DNA of 64,000 nt from Octopus sinensis (GCF_006345805.1 NC_043004.1:16120001-16184000), one strand, 5' to 3'. Shown: positions 27,901 to 40,941, counted from the stretch's first letter. Program-made: numbers and translations. Notes: generated by a model from the sequence alone, not told the origin.

Positions 27901-29437
27901 AGTATGGTTTCTGCTCCTTCCCCCAAACTTTGGATGTTTATTCGTCTGAGTTTGTATGTGGGCGTGTCAATACATATGTGTGTGTGTATATTGTAATGTG
28001 TGTGCGTACGTGTGAGTGCGTGTGTCTATGCATATGTGTGTATGTATGTGTGTGTGTATGTCAACGCATACCCAGCATTATAATATAGTTCCACGAATCT
28101 AAGTTTGTATAATTTCAAATCTATAAGAACCGAGTTTAGAAAAAGGTTTTGAAAACGAGAACACGTAATTTACTATAAATAACCATTTTCTAAATTTGAC
28201 AGTAATCTTCTACCAACCGAATTCTACAAATAGATGATTACTTATTCATTGAACCAAGAGAGTGGATTGACAGAGCGGGGACAGAATGCTTGGCAGCATT
28301 TGTTTCGGTCTCTACACACTGTTCTACGGCTCTCTCAAGTTGATACGTACGTTTAAATTTTTCTGGGTCGGTAAAATTAAGTACCAGTTAAGTACCGTTA
28401 CCGATTTGATCAAATATCAAGCCTCATAAAATCATGTATCGTTGTGTCTATGCCAAAAATCGATATTCAATGACCACTAAAGTCATAACTAACGAAGCTC
28501 TATCGCTTTCGATTTAAATATTTACAACTATAACCCCAGCAAACATTGTCGTTTACACTGCAAATGATTTAAGATTAAATTGTATAAAAGGATTATTTCA
28601 TTTACATTGGTTTAGGACACCAGTTCTTCTTACGTTGCAGAATGAGGTTAATTCTTTTACTTCTCATTGAATTTCCATTGTACATTCAATTACGTTTGCG
28701 ATTATATCCATAATGAATTATTAATCCCTGACTTAAAACACCAATTGTATGTGTGGCGGCTTCGATCCCCCCCCCACACACACACACAAAAAAAAACAGC
28801 TATAATGTTCAAGGAAAGTTACCGTTTCCTTTAAGTCTCTTTTATCGATATTAATTGATCTTCAGTTTATAAATTAAATCACTATTTCTTTTTTTATCGA
28901 CACTAATAGCAACACTAATTAAATCTGTACGTTCATTAATATTTCTACTTTAAGCAAACAAAAAGAAAAAGCGGGACGCCACAACGGTGTTAATGTGTTA
29001 GAAACCTGACACATGTACAACAATTGAACAAGTTTAAGTGCTTCTTGGTGAAAGGAATCGACAATTTGAAAAAGAATTCCGACTTTAAATTACGTACTTA
29101 ATGGAAAATTATTTCAGTTTAAACTTCGGGGTGTTAATTAAAATTGTAAATTATGAAATAACTGCGTCGCATATGGTAGATTGTGTGTGATTAAATAGAA
29201 ATGAGAAGAAAACTATTCGATTCTTAGAAGAAATAGCTTTCAATTTTTATATGCGTAACGACACTGGAATCAATATTACAAAGGATATGGAGAATGAATG
29301 TTTATCAAGAAATTGTGTCATTAAATCAAACGTTTTCTATTCTTTGTGTCTGTACATACATGTGTGCGTACATACATGTCTGTGTATTTGCATGTATGTA
29401 TGCACATACATACAAAACATATACATGCATATATATA

Positions 29438-29497
<60 letters not shown>

Positions 29498-29833
29498 AAA
29501 ACTTGAAAGAGGAGACAAACGCTCAATCTTATAAATTGTACACTCGTACAAACACACGCACACATGCACACATAAATTTCTCCAACAACCCCCAACGAGC
29601 TCTTCATTTTACGACTCTATATCAACAATTCCAGATGCTCATTTTAAAATTCACAATTATAGATACATAATACTCATGTATCATATTCAATAAATTTACA
29701 TTTACAGAACATAATACGCTCACGCGCACACACACACACACAAATATGTTATGTGTCTGTGTGTGCGTATATGTGTATGTATATATATATGAATACATAT
29801 GTATTTTTATACAACTAACAGCATATGAATATT

Positions 29834-29876
<43 letters not shown>

Positions 29877-30558
29877 AGAGAGAGAGAGAGAGACGTTTAT
29901 TTACTATTATAAAGTTTCGTAACGTGTGTCCGACCAGCGTTAGGGAACTTTTCAACGCAGTTGAAAAAGAAAATACTTACGTATTCAATTAATGCTGAAT
30001 TTACATCTCTCTCTCCTTCCTTCTGTCCCTCACTTTCTCCCTCTTTCTCTGTCTTCACTATCTCTCTCTCTCTCTCTCTCTTCTCCCTCTCTATCTGTGT
30101 ATATATACACAATTTCCTTTTTAGATTTGTAGTGAAGAATTGTAAAACATTTAACAATATCTTCCATCTTAGGTTCCTGTAATGGCGTACAGACGAAACG
30201 TCATCACATAAAGTCGTAAACAAAAGAGACGTTTACACAGACCACACCAAGGGAGATAATCTGCACATGTATTTACATATATATGATTGGATGATACATT
30301 ATCTCCGATTCTTGACTCAAAATCTGAAACTTGATCCCTATTTGGTAAATCGACCTGAATTCTATGAAGAAATATAACGCAAGAGAACAAACATATATGC
30401 ATGCACACATAACAACAAACGTGCTGAAAATATTCGTGCATAGGTGTATTTTGGTAGATAAAAGCATCCCCGTTACATATTTAAAAGTAAAACATTGTAT
30501 GTTGTTGAACACTACAGAATAGCTTCTAATATAAAATAATAAATGCGTCCTTTTAAAT

Positions 30559-30791
30559 CTTAGCCAGGCTCATGGGCCCGGTTTCCCGGTTTCAATGGCG
30601 TATGTGTGCTCCCTAGCTGGACGGGACTCCAGTCCATCGCAGTGTTACTCATTTTTTCCAGCTGAGTGGACTGGAGTAACGTGAAATGAAGTGTCTTGCT
30701 CAAGAATACCACGCGTCACCCGATCCAGGAATCGAAACCACAATCTTGCGATCATGATGCTGACACCCTAACCACTAAGCCACGGACCTCC
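30559..30791 (-). mobile_element. tRNA-derived SINE (second family)
   Basis: Head GTGGCTTAGTGGTTAGG (A box) ... GGTTTCGATTCC (B box); body TCTTGAGCAAGACACTTCATTTCACGTT shared with the copy at 54281. Confidence 0.8.
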
Positions 30792-30821
30792 ACATTTTCT
30801 AATATAGATGGTGAGAATTAA

Positions 30822-31010
30822 GGCAGCGCGTTGGCAGACCTGTTACCACATTTGAAAAAATGCTTAGTAACACTTCTCCCGACTCTACTTTCTGAGTTCA
30901 ATGGTATGAGGGTCAACTGTGCGTTTCATCCTTTCGAAATCGATAAAATAAGTAATCGATTTATCCCCTTCCCCGAAACTGTTGGCTTCTGCCAAAATTT
31001 GAAACCAAAG
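30822..31010 (+). mobile_element. Diverged CORE/OR-type SINE
   Basis: TTCTGAGTTCAA...TTTCATCCTTTCGAAATCGATAAAATAAGTA body matches the 38 kb and 44 kb copies. Confidence 0.6.
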
Positions 31011-31686
31011 TAAGTGATAAGATTAATAACATTTTAATGATTTAATGAAAGTACTGAAGCTTGTTCATATAAAATTATTTTAAGATCTAGTGCGGTGGTT
31101 TGAATTCCACCAATCTTTCATTATCGAATTATAAAATACACTAAAAAATTACAAAAAACATGGAGGTAAAATAGGTGAAAATAAAGAACGCTATAATTTA
31201 ACTGTCTGTTTCTGCGATTCATAAATACAGGCAACGGTTATAACAGTTGTTGATTAAATCCAATACAACCCTAACTATGTAAGTGGTACAACGCTACAGA
31301 AATAAATCAATGTTATGTAAATTCTTTTTCATCGCTTGTATTATAAGCAAATTTATTCTTCTATGGTCTGTCTTTGTGAGAGTTTTCCCCACAATACTTG
31401 GCAAAATACCTTCATTGATAATATAAATATTTCATGCAAACGACGACACAAAACACTGGGCGATTAAAAATTTACAGCATTTGTCAGCCGCAATTGATCA
31501 GATGACATGTGGTTTACAGATTAAAGCAAAATTATTCAAAGCAGTGTAGTTTTTAACGAAATAAGACGGTTGAATAAAACATACGAGATTTTTTATAACA
31601 TTTTGAAGTCTTTTATGGAGATAATGTGTGATATACACACAAACATACATACATGCATATATACACATATATATATAGCTAGATAG

Positions 31687-31728
<42 letters not shown>

Positions 31729-31817
31729 TGAGGGTGTCTAAAAGACACCAACATGCCGAAATAGCAGTCGAAACTCTGACTATAAAACCACGTATATATA
31801 TATATAATATATATATA

Positions 31818-31851
<34 letters not shown>

Positions 31852-32059
31852 CACCAACAAAAAGAGACAGACATACATATACATACTTTTGATTTCGCGC
31901 ATACGCATTGTTTGTTTTTCATTTTCTCGAGTACACAATATGGTAGGGTCAGTTGGGAACTGTTTGTGAGAAAAACAGCACCATGACGCAATTCACGCTG
32001 CCAGAAATTTGGAAACGACATTTGCACCGGAATCTCCAATACGAACATCTCAGAGTGAT

Positions 32060-32106
32060 TGGGTTCAGAGCCATTTGGTAGACGGAAACTGAAAAAAGCC
32101 CGTTCG

Positions 32107-32189
<83 letters not shown>

Positions 32190-32360
32190 GTATTTGTGTG
32201 TCTGTGTTTGTCACTCCACCATCGCTTGACAACCGATGCTGGTGAGAATAGCACTAAGCTTATAAAGAATAAGTCCTGGAGTCGATTAGTTCAAGTAAAG
32301 GCGGTGATTCAGCATGGCCGCAGGCAAATGACTGTACTAAGTGAATAAAAGAATAAAAGA

Positions 32361-32362
<2 letters not shown>
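32060..32362 (+). mobile_element. Partial OK-type SINE
   Basis: GGTAGACGGAAACTGAAA, central TA tract, 3' half with deletion and (ATAAAAGA)n tail. Confidence 0.75.
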
Positions 32363-32421
<59 letters not shown>

Positions 32422-32705
32422 CCTTGAAATACAGTTTTAAGTATCTGCACTAATGTCCTTATAACCTTACCTAGACTGGACTTCCACTCTCACTCTACTG
32501 AAACTTTAACGATTGACCCTAACCCCCATACAATACAGACATATCTATATCGTTACCTTTATTTTTGTTTATTTCTTTATTATCTTATTCTTTACCTTGT
32601 TATCTTTATCTTTTTTTTTATTTTATTCCCTCTATTCTCTCCCGTACACACTCACTCAGAAAACTCATTTAGGATATATCACTCATTACCTCATCCTTTA
32701 TTTCA

Positions 32706-33068
32706 TTTTTTATCTCCTCCTTAGTGAAGGAGTAGGTATTGATTTCAGTTGCGCTTGATTGTTTGTTTGACCGTGGACAAGATATCTTAAGAACCGCTGG
32801 ATGGATTCGGACGAAACTTTCAGTTATGTTAGGCCTTGTGACTGGCACGAAGTGATTAGACTTGGGGATTTATCCGAAACCGGACAAGGATTCTGGATTA
32901 CTTTTCCAGATTTTTTTTACTTAGTTTTTGAGAGCGGTCGGGCTTCATTTTTATTATTGTCGTTTGTGAGAGCAGTCGATTATCTCATTTTAAAAATCAT
33001 CTCCGGTTAATGATTGCGAGGGCGTTGGTGTTGCCTTGGCAGAGGTTTCTGCTCTTTGAGTGCTCTTG
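32706..33068 (+). mobile_element. Helentron-associated (HINE/DINE-1-like) non-autonomous element
   Basis: T-run start, CTCCTTAGTGAAGGAG hairpin, TTGTTTGTTTG microsatellite, GGATGGATT...GAAACTT core, 3' CCTTGGCAGAGG sub-terminal repeat plus GCTCTTTGAGTGC hairpin before a T-run. Confidence 0.55.
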
Positions 33069-33128
33069 TTTTCATTATAACCATTTTTATTTATATTTTT
33101 ATTATTTTTTATATCTATTTAATTCTTA

Positions 33129-33217
33129 TTTTTTCCCTTTTACCACTGTAAATGTAATTATTTTCCCTTTTACCACTGTAAATGTAATTATTTTCCCTTT
33201 TACCACTGTAAATGTAA
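33129..33217. repeat. 30-bp tandem repeat x3 (TTTTCCCTTTTACCACTGTAAATGTAATTA)
   Basis: Exact period 30 at 33131, 33161, 33191; no spacers. Confidence 0.95.
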
Positions 33218-33276
33218 AATTGTGCAATCCCTTCTCCGATCTCTCTTTCTCTCTTTCTCCTCTCTCTTACACTCTC

Positions 33277-33315
<39 letters not shown>

Positions 33316-33870
33316 CGCTCTCACAAAACCCATTTATGTCCATCCTAACTTCTCGCTCTATATACACAATGACAATATGAATACATCATTCAGAACACTA
33401 TCAAAATATTGCCTGTATTTACCAGGGATTTTAACTAAAAACCTGTACCTCCATGGAAGTACCGACCGACATCCATATCCTCTTGAAAAAGATGCGTTGT
33501 GAACATTATTCTCCTGCTTGTATTCTTGTAACTGCCTTTACTCTTTATTCTTCTATTTTACTACTTTATTCTTCAATTTTATTCCTCATAAACTGTGAAT
33601 TTTATTCCTTGTAAACTGAACAATTTTCCCCATCTAAAATATTCAAACCTATCTCTGATGACGGAATACCTAATGCAAAATGACTTGACATACTCGTTCT
33701 GCCTTGGTTTTGTTTTTTCCTCTAATATAATATATACATGCTATAACGGAACCTTATCATGGATCCCTAGATCTAGCCTTAGGTGTGATCTTGGAACTTA
33801 ATCGTGGACCAACTATAGAATTTACCAGTGTAACTATTCGTTTAGATCTAAATCCTTCATTTTCCATATA

Positions 33871-33914
<44 letters not shown>

Positions 33915-34417
33915 ACCTAAATGTATGTGCTAAACATGCCCGCATACATACACACATACATATAATAGACTTTTCAATTATATTGAAGATAGAAAGAAAA
34001 TGCATGGAATTCCTTCAACATTAGGTAAATGAAGAGCATATACGTTTCTAGACTAGAGTGGTAGGGTCTGCATATTAGCAAATTATAATTGCTGAGTATC
34101 CTCATCTGAGAGACCTAAGGAGTTTACGGTGCATCAACTCACGACACACTTCTTATCAGTTAAAATGTAGGGCAAAGAGAGTAGCGGCAGAAATTTCACT
34201 AATCTATGTACGAGGCAGTATAAAGCCTGATAATATTTTTAACGGTCTCTGTAATCGAATGAGAACAGAGCTCAACAGAAGGCGTAACTAAAAATAAACT
34301 CGTATCCATATATTCTTATTTACATTACGTATATACCTCATCAAAATATGAGATATAGTATATAATAAGGTTGTAATATATTCAAAAGATCTTTATATTC
34401 AAGAAGAATTGATAAAT

Positions 34418-34801
34418 GAGTGGCTGTGTGGTAAGTAGCTCGCTTACCAACCACATGGTTCCGGGTTCATTCCGACTGCGTGGCACCTTGGCAAATGTCT
34501 TCTACTATAACCTCGGGGCGATCAAAACCTTGTGAGTGGATTTGGTAGACGGAAACTGAAAGAAGCCCGTTGTATATATGTATATATGTCTGTGTTTGTG
34601 TGTGTGTGTGTGTGTCTGTGTTTCTCTCCCTCAACGTCGCTTCACAACAGATGGTGGTGTGTTTACGTCCCCGTAACTTAGCGGTTCGGCAAAAAAACCG
34701 ATAGAATAAGTACAAGGCTCACAAAGAAAAAAAGGCGGTGCTCCATCATGGCCGAAGTCAAAATGACTGAAACAAGTAAAATATTAAAAGAGTAAAAGAG
34801 A
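34418..34801 (+). mobile_element. OK-type SINE
   Basis: Head, body and tail match consensus; short deletion in the 3' half. Confidence 0.88.
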
Positions 34802-35513
34802 ATATTTGTTGAGAAATGAAATAGGAATTCGGCCAAGAATTATAAGACAGCAAGTAGCAAATACCACAAAATACTCATCAGGGAAATCTAATTTGTGTGT
34901 GAATTAACACAAAGAACTCTGGAGACTTAAAGGTTTGACGCAGATAAAATTGCAGTAGATTACAAGGAAAGGTCTGTCTAATTAACATTCCTCGCTTATA
35001 TACCATGGTAATTATTTATTACAGAAGATAGTACTGACAAAACTACGTAAAGAATTACCATCACACATTAAATAATACGTCAGCGGATAAGAATTAAGTG
35101 ATATGTAAGGACTAAAATTTCACTTACCAGACAGAAATCAGACACGGATCATATTAGTATGAAATAAGCAAAGTGCATGCTGCATCATTCGTCTAAGACA
35201 CAAATGTATGCCAACCTAGATCTAGATTTATGAAGATATAAGGAAACCAATGAGGTCTTTAAGATGGATTCGCAACATACAAGTAGACTTAATCTGTCTT
35301 CTTTCAACCATAGAACTGCGGCAATGGCAGGACACTACCTTGATGGATTAATCAAACAAATCGACAATTGCTTATTTTTTAAAGAGCCTAATATTGATTA
35401 TATAGGAGCCCTTGCCGAACCATTAAGTTACGGACAGGTACACAGAGCAACACCAGTTTTCAAACAGTAATGGATTATATAAAAAGGACACACACATTCG
35501 TAATTTATTTATG

Positions 35514-35553
<40 letters not shown>

Positions 35554-35575
35554 TATATATGTATATATGTACATA

Positions 35576-35615
<40 letters not shown>

Positions 35616-36098
35616 TATATAATATATATATATATTATATAATATATATATATATATATATAATATATATATATATACGTGCATGTATATATAGTTCAAA
35701 TTTATAGAATAACAAAGACGAAGACATGTTGTGTAGGATCAACATGTAGGTGTAATAGTCTGGCCTTCGGGAAAAATTGAAAAGTCTACGCTCTTCAACA
35801 GAATGGAATAATAGGAAATAAGGAGAGAGAGAGAATGAAAACAACGTTGTGAGTTCGGTTTCCGACATGGGAAATATACGTATATACAACACATGTATAT
35901 AGTTAGCTAGTTTGATAGATAAACAGACAGACAGACAGACGAAAAAAAATGAAAGGGGCTGAGTGAATTAAAAGAGAAGGGAATGTGAGCATGAATATAA
36001 GGCCAGGAATTGTGAGAGAGGGGAAACGAAACAACGAAGAGTGAAATGAACGAAGTGTGAAGGGGCTGATAGAAAGAAAGAAGAAGGAAGGAAAGAAT

Positions 36099-36163
36099 AA
36101 ATGGCGGTGCCCCAGGATGGCCACAGCTCATGAGCTGAAACTAGAATCAATCAATCAATCAAT
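36099..36163 (+). mobile_element. Isolated CR1-type LINE 3' tail
   Basis: ATGGCGGTGCCCCAGGATGGCCACAGCTCATGAGCTGAAAC then (TCAA)n; GCTC(A)TGAGCTGAAAC also ends the LINE at 38720. Confidence 0.55.
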
Positions 36164-36191
36164 AGAATAGAAAGAATAATAGTCATACACA

Positions 36192-36227
<36 letters not shown>

Positions 36228-36243
36228 TAATAATAAAAAAAAT

Positions 36244-37222
36244 ATATGCATATATACATACATATATGTACGTACCTACCTCTACGTGTATATATACATG
36301 CATATATGGGTACAGGACACCCAAAAAAAACTTCGAACACAATGAGAAACGAAAACATAAACACAAAACCGAGGAAATGGACATTTTTTTTAAAACAACG
36401 AAAAAATAGAGTACAGGACATACAAAACAAGGAAAATTCCCCTTCTTCAGTCGCCTTAATTTCATCTACTCCACGTTTCGAAGGTCAAGGCGATACATGA
36501 CTTCAATGAAATTTTCCTTCCCGCGAAAATCAAATTAAATAAAATTTGAGATTTTTTGCGGAGGGGAAAAAATAGTAACGAAAACAGGACAGTAACGACA
36601 GTACAAAATATAAACAGTAAAAACAGGACAGTGAAAATAACAGTAACACAAACAAGAAGGGCTGTTAAGCAAAACGAGATAAAATTTTTTTACCAACGCT
36701 ATTGTTTGAGACAGCAAGGAGCAACAGATTGACCGTCTCTACTTGGAGGAAGTCAGGAGAAGAAAGACAGAGATAGCCATCTCATCACGTGACCGCGACG
36801 GGAGGGAGGAGGAGAAGTGAGAGAAAGGGAGATAAAAAAGGGGAATGGTTGTAGAGAAAAGAATGAAGAATGAGAGAGAGAGAGGGAGAGACAGTAAGGT
36901 AGAAAAAAAGGAAAGCCAAAAGAATGAAGGCTGAGAAAGGGAGGGGGAGAGAGAAAGGTTAAGAGTGCGCATCGTTATCAATATTAAGAACAATCTTAGT
37001 TAGAAATGGATGCGTGCGTTCCGTCATATGATAAATTAATAAATAAATAAAACATATGCATATATACATACATAGATGTGCGTACCTATCTCTACATGTA
37101 TATATACATGCATATATGGGTACAGGACACCAAAAGAACGTCGAACACAATGAGAAACGAAAACATAAACACAAAACCAAGGAAATGGACATTTTTTAAA
37201 AAACAACGAAAAATAGAGTACA
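36244..37222 (-). mobile_element. PLE terminal region with about 170-bp direct repeats (36244-36415, 37054-37222)
   Basis: Near-identical direct repeats; motifs CATCCATTTC(C/T)AA and CCTGT(A/G)CCCATA shared with 53.2-53.5 kb and 60.7-61.1 kb; TA-flanked. Confidence 0.6.
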
Positions 37223-37554
37223 TATATATATATATATATATATACGTACATATAGGAGACGAAAGTGTACATACGCCGCTATATTTTTATATATAAAAAA
37301 ACAAAAATGGGACAAGAAAGCAAAACACCCAGACAGTTAGGTGATACACAAGAGGGACAACAAAACATAGACAGACGATGCCTGAAACGATAAACGCATG
37401 AAACACTATGCATAAACATTTGACATGTTTCTAAACTGCTGCTGTTAAAATTTGAAGTCATTTGAACAAGAACTGGCAGACATGTTAGATTGCGAAATGA
37501 TATCGAATTTTTTTTAACATCCTGTATTATATATATATATACTATATATATAAT

Positions 37555-37589
<35 letters not shown>

Positions 37590-38060
37590 TATATAGCCGG
37601 TCTTCTTTCCCGTTTCGTTTACGAAATGCACTGACAAAGCGTAGATAAGTTCGGAGCTACAGAAGACATGGTTCACCACAGATGCCACACAGTGGAACTG
37701 GACCAGAAACAGTGTGGTTGTAATGCGAGCTTCTTACAGCACAGTCGTGCCTCGTCATCAGTTAGATGGAAGCAGTGAGTTCTGCTAATGTATCAAAATA
37801 TTAGCGTCGTTATCCCAGTTTTAAGCACCTTTTCAATTAGGCGACGCTTGGCTACCATACATATAAAGAGCATTTGATTCTGTTCGTTGTTTACTCATAT
37901 TTCATCGATTATATGCCATGCTATCTATTAATCAAGAAAAATTTCAATTACAGAAGCTATATACATAATTAGCATCACTTATTAGGAAGCACCAACCCGG
38001 ATAACTATTCCGAATGTTACATACGAACAAAAGATATATTGATGCATATACAATAATAAA

Positions 38061-38605
38061 TTTAGACTTTTGGCACAATTCAGCAACTTCAGAAAGTGTT
38101 AGATCGATACTTATTTTATCGACCCTGAAAGGCAAAGTCAACCTCACCATACTTTGAACTCAGATAGGGAAGACGGTAGAAATACCTATTTCTTTACTAC
38201 CCACAAGGGGCTAAACACAGCGGGGACGAACAAGGATAGACAAACGGATTAAGTCGATTACATCGACTCCAGTGCATAACTGGTACTTATTTAATCGACC
38301 CCGAAAGGATGAAAGGCAAAGTCGACCTCGGCAGAATTTGAACTCAGAACGTAGCGGCAGACGAAATACCTATTTCTTTACTACCCACAAGGGGCTAAAC
38401 ACAGGGAAGACAATCAAGGACAGACAAACGGATTAAGTCGATTATATCGACTCCAGTGCGTAACTGGTACTTATTTAATCGACCCCGAAAGGATGAGAGG
38501 CAAAGTAGACCTCAGCGGAATTTGAACTCAGAACTTAGCGGCAAACGAAATTCCGCTAAGCATTTCGCCCGGCGTGCTAACATTTCTATGAGCTCGCCGC
38601 CTTCC
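38061..38605 (-). mobile_element. Head-to-tail multimer of a CORE/OR-type SINE (unit about 184 bp)
   Basis: One tRNA-like head (GGCGGCGAGC...GTTAGCACGCCGGGCGAAATGCTTAGCGG) followed by repeated bodies; AAATACCTATTTC recurs at 38180 and 38364. Confidence 0.85.
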
Positions 38606-38719
38606 CAAATGTAATAATTAAATGCTTTACACAAAGGGCACATCGCCCAAAATAGCATTGCAGCGTTAACTTGTGTTACATGCGAAGACATATAATATAT
38701 TTTTTTTTAAATTCAATTA

Positions 38720-39573
38720 CTGTAGTTTCAGCTCAGAGCTACGGCTACACTGTTATTACTGAGAGCCTCCTCCGATGTGTGGAACTTGGGGAAGAATGGT
38801 GTTTGATGTAGCTACCCTCATGTACACCTCCTGCCGTGGGGTAGGTTCATATGGGACTCTCGACAGTAAGCGGTCCAATTTGTAAAACGCTTTCGCAAAA
38901 CCAAGGCATATTACGTCCATATTTGAGTTGTTGAGTAACTGCCTCAGCACCCAGTCATAATGTTGCAGCACCTACCTAGTCGGAAGCCATGCTGGGTATC
39001 ACTCAGCAAGTAATTTTCTTCAAGGAATGCTATTAGTTTCCCTCTGACTACCCGTTCCATGACTTTCCTGATGTGTGAAGTCAGAGAGATAGACCTATAA
39101 CTTTTGGAATCGGCTCTGCTTCCCCCTTTAAGGATTGGGCATATTAGTCCCTCCTTCAGCTTGCTTGGCAGTCTGCTATTTGAAAGAATGCTCTGACAGA
39201 GAATCTGGAGAGGCTTTGCCAGGGCACACTTATACGATTTGAGGAGGATTGCTGGGAAACCATCAGGACCAGCAGTTGAGTTTACGTCCACCTCATCAAT
39301 GGCTAGTAGCGTATCTTCTTCGCTAATGTCAATGTATTCCATCGTAATTGCCTCACTGGTTGTAGGCGAATCGGCAAAGAAGTCCACTGGTTCGTTCATT
39401 TGTCTGTGTTCCAATGGGGTGGTAAAGACACTTTTGAACAGGTCATTCAGTACCTCACTGATCCTGGTTGAACTGTCTGTGAAGGAGCCATCCTTTTCGA
39501 ACAGGGGTCCTATCTTTCAGCGTACTGAGGCCGATTCTTTCGCTTAATGAAAGAAGGCCTTTGGGTTTGACTT

Positions 39574-39580
<7 letters not shown>
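38720..39580 (-). pseudogene. CR1-clade LINE fragment: pre-RT region and RT start fused to the C-terminus
   Basis: NIKSNPKAFF, IGPL, LNDLFKSVFT, AGPDGFPAILLK, YRSISLTSHIRKVMER, QHGFRLGR, LLQHYD, LGFAKAF, then LLSRVPYEPT..Q and the 3' tail. Confidence 0.9.
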
Positions 39581-39606
<26 letters not shown>

Positions 39607-39810
39607 GTAAATCCTAAAAAAGAAGAACAAACATAAAAAAATCAACAACGCGAGGACATGGTACATGTAATGTATTAGCAGACGTCCAGGAAAGGAAAGA
39701 AAGACGGTTTAGCGTTTCGAGCAAAGCTCTTCTTCAGAAATAGAGTAAAGTCCAAAAGAATGGAAGACAGAGGAGGAAAATTGCCAACGATTCACATCTG
39801 GTTACATTTT
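39607..39810 (-). mobile_element. PLE terminal fragment with hammerhead-like motif
   Basis: TA-adjacent; same layout as the 4.0, 53.3 and 63.7 kb pieces. Confidence 0.55.
39708..39740 (-). ncRNA. Minimal hammerhead-like motif (U16.1 mutated)
   Basis: TTT-CTGAAGA-A-GAGC(TTT)GCTC-GAAA-CGCT-AAA on the minus strand. Confidence 0.6.
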
Positions 39811-39879
39811 TATATATATTTCATTCACTTAACGATAAAAGAGTCTGTAGCAATCCAAGTTCCAACATATATATACTGT

Positions 39880-40085
39880 TTTTTAGTCATTTTACTGAGG
39901 CCATGCGGGAGCACTGCCTTTAGTCGAAGAAATCGACCCAAGGACCTATTCTTTGTAAGCCTAGTACTTATTTTATCAGTGCCTTTTGCCGAACCGCTAA
40001 GTTACGGGGGCGTAATCACACCAGCATCGGTTGTCAAGTGATGGTCGGGGAGACAGATACAGGCACAAAAACATATACATACATA
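39880..40085 (-). mobile_element. OK-type SINE 3' half
   Basis: Matches the 3' half of other copies, truncated at the central microsatellite. Confidence 0.8.
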
Positions 40086-40091
40086 CATACC

Positions 40092-40147
<56 letters not shown>

Positions 40148-40193
40148 TATAATATTTATATTTATATTTATATTTATATTTATATTTATATAT

Positions 40194-40369
40194 TACGGAG
40201 ATGTACTTGCATAGCAAGTGACCTGATCTGAGATCATGTGCTGGAACGTAAGCAACTGAAGCGTGGAGGTGTTATAAGCTATTTAAGAAACACACAAAAA
40301 CTGTTAGATTCACTTCAACAGTGTGTGTTTCTTAAATGGCTTATAAACACCTTCCACGCTACAATTGTT
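40194..40369. mobile_element. Miniature fold-back insertion (arms about 40253-40296 and 40323-40369)
   Basis: GCGTGGAGGTGTTATAAGCTATTTAAGAAACACAC vs its reverse complement; left arm extended about 60 bp; TA tracts on both sides; first about 35 bp also occur at about 2365. Confidence 0.75.
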
Positions 40370-40882
40370 ATATATATATATATATCATATTGGGGGCCTA
40401 GTCGTACTTTTCTGAGCGTTGGCGACACAATGACAAACCCCGAGTAACACGTTACTAAATCAGCTGAATGATCTCCTTACATACATACGCTTATAATCTC
40501 GGAAGAGATATGTGGTTTGGAAATTGTTGTTTGTGTGTTTGTGTTTGTAAGTGTTTATTATCACCAACAACGGCACGACTTGTTCATTTCAGACAATCAG
40601 CCAATTCATAAAACTAACATGTTTATAAATCTTGCTGACAAATCCAAAACTTCTATCTTTTACTTGTATCAGTCATTAGACGACGGTCATTCAGGGACAC
40701 TGTTTAAGAAAGATTTAGTTGAAGAAATCAATACCAATATTCATGCTTTACTTCTGGTGTTCATTCTAAATAACGGGGACGTAAACGAACCGATATTGTT
40801 GCCAAGTAATGGTACTGTCAATGACAAATACAACGATACACATGCATACATGTATACATATACAAATATACATACACATACG

Positions 40883-40941
<59 letters not shown>

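Noticed and set aside
33129-33217. 30-bp repeats as a CRISPR array
   Set aside because: No spacers, eukaryotic context, no cas genes.
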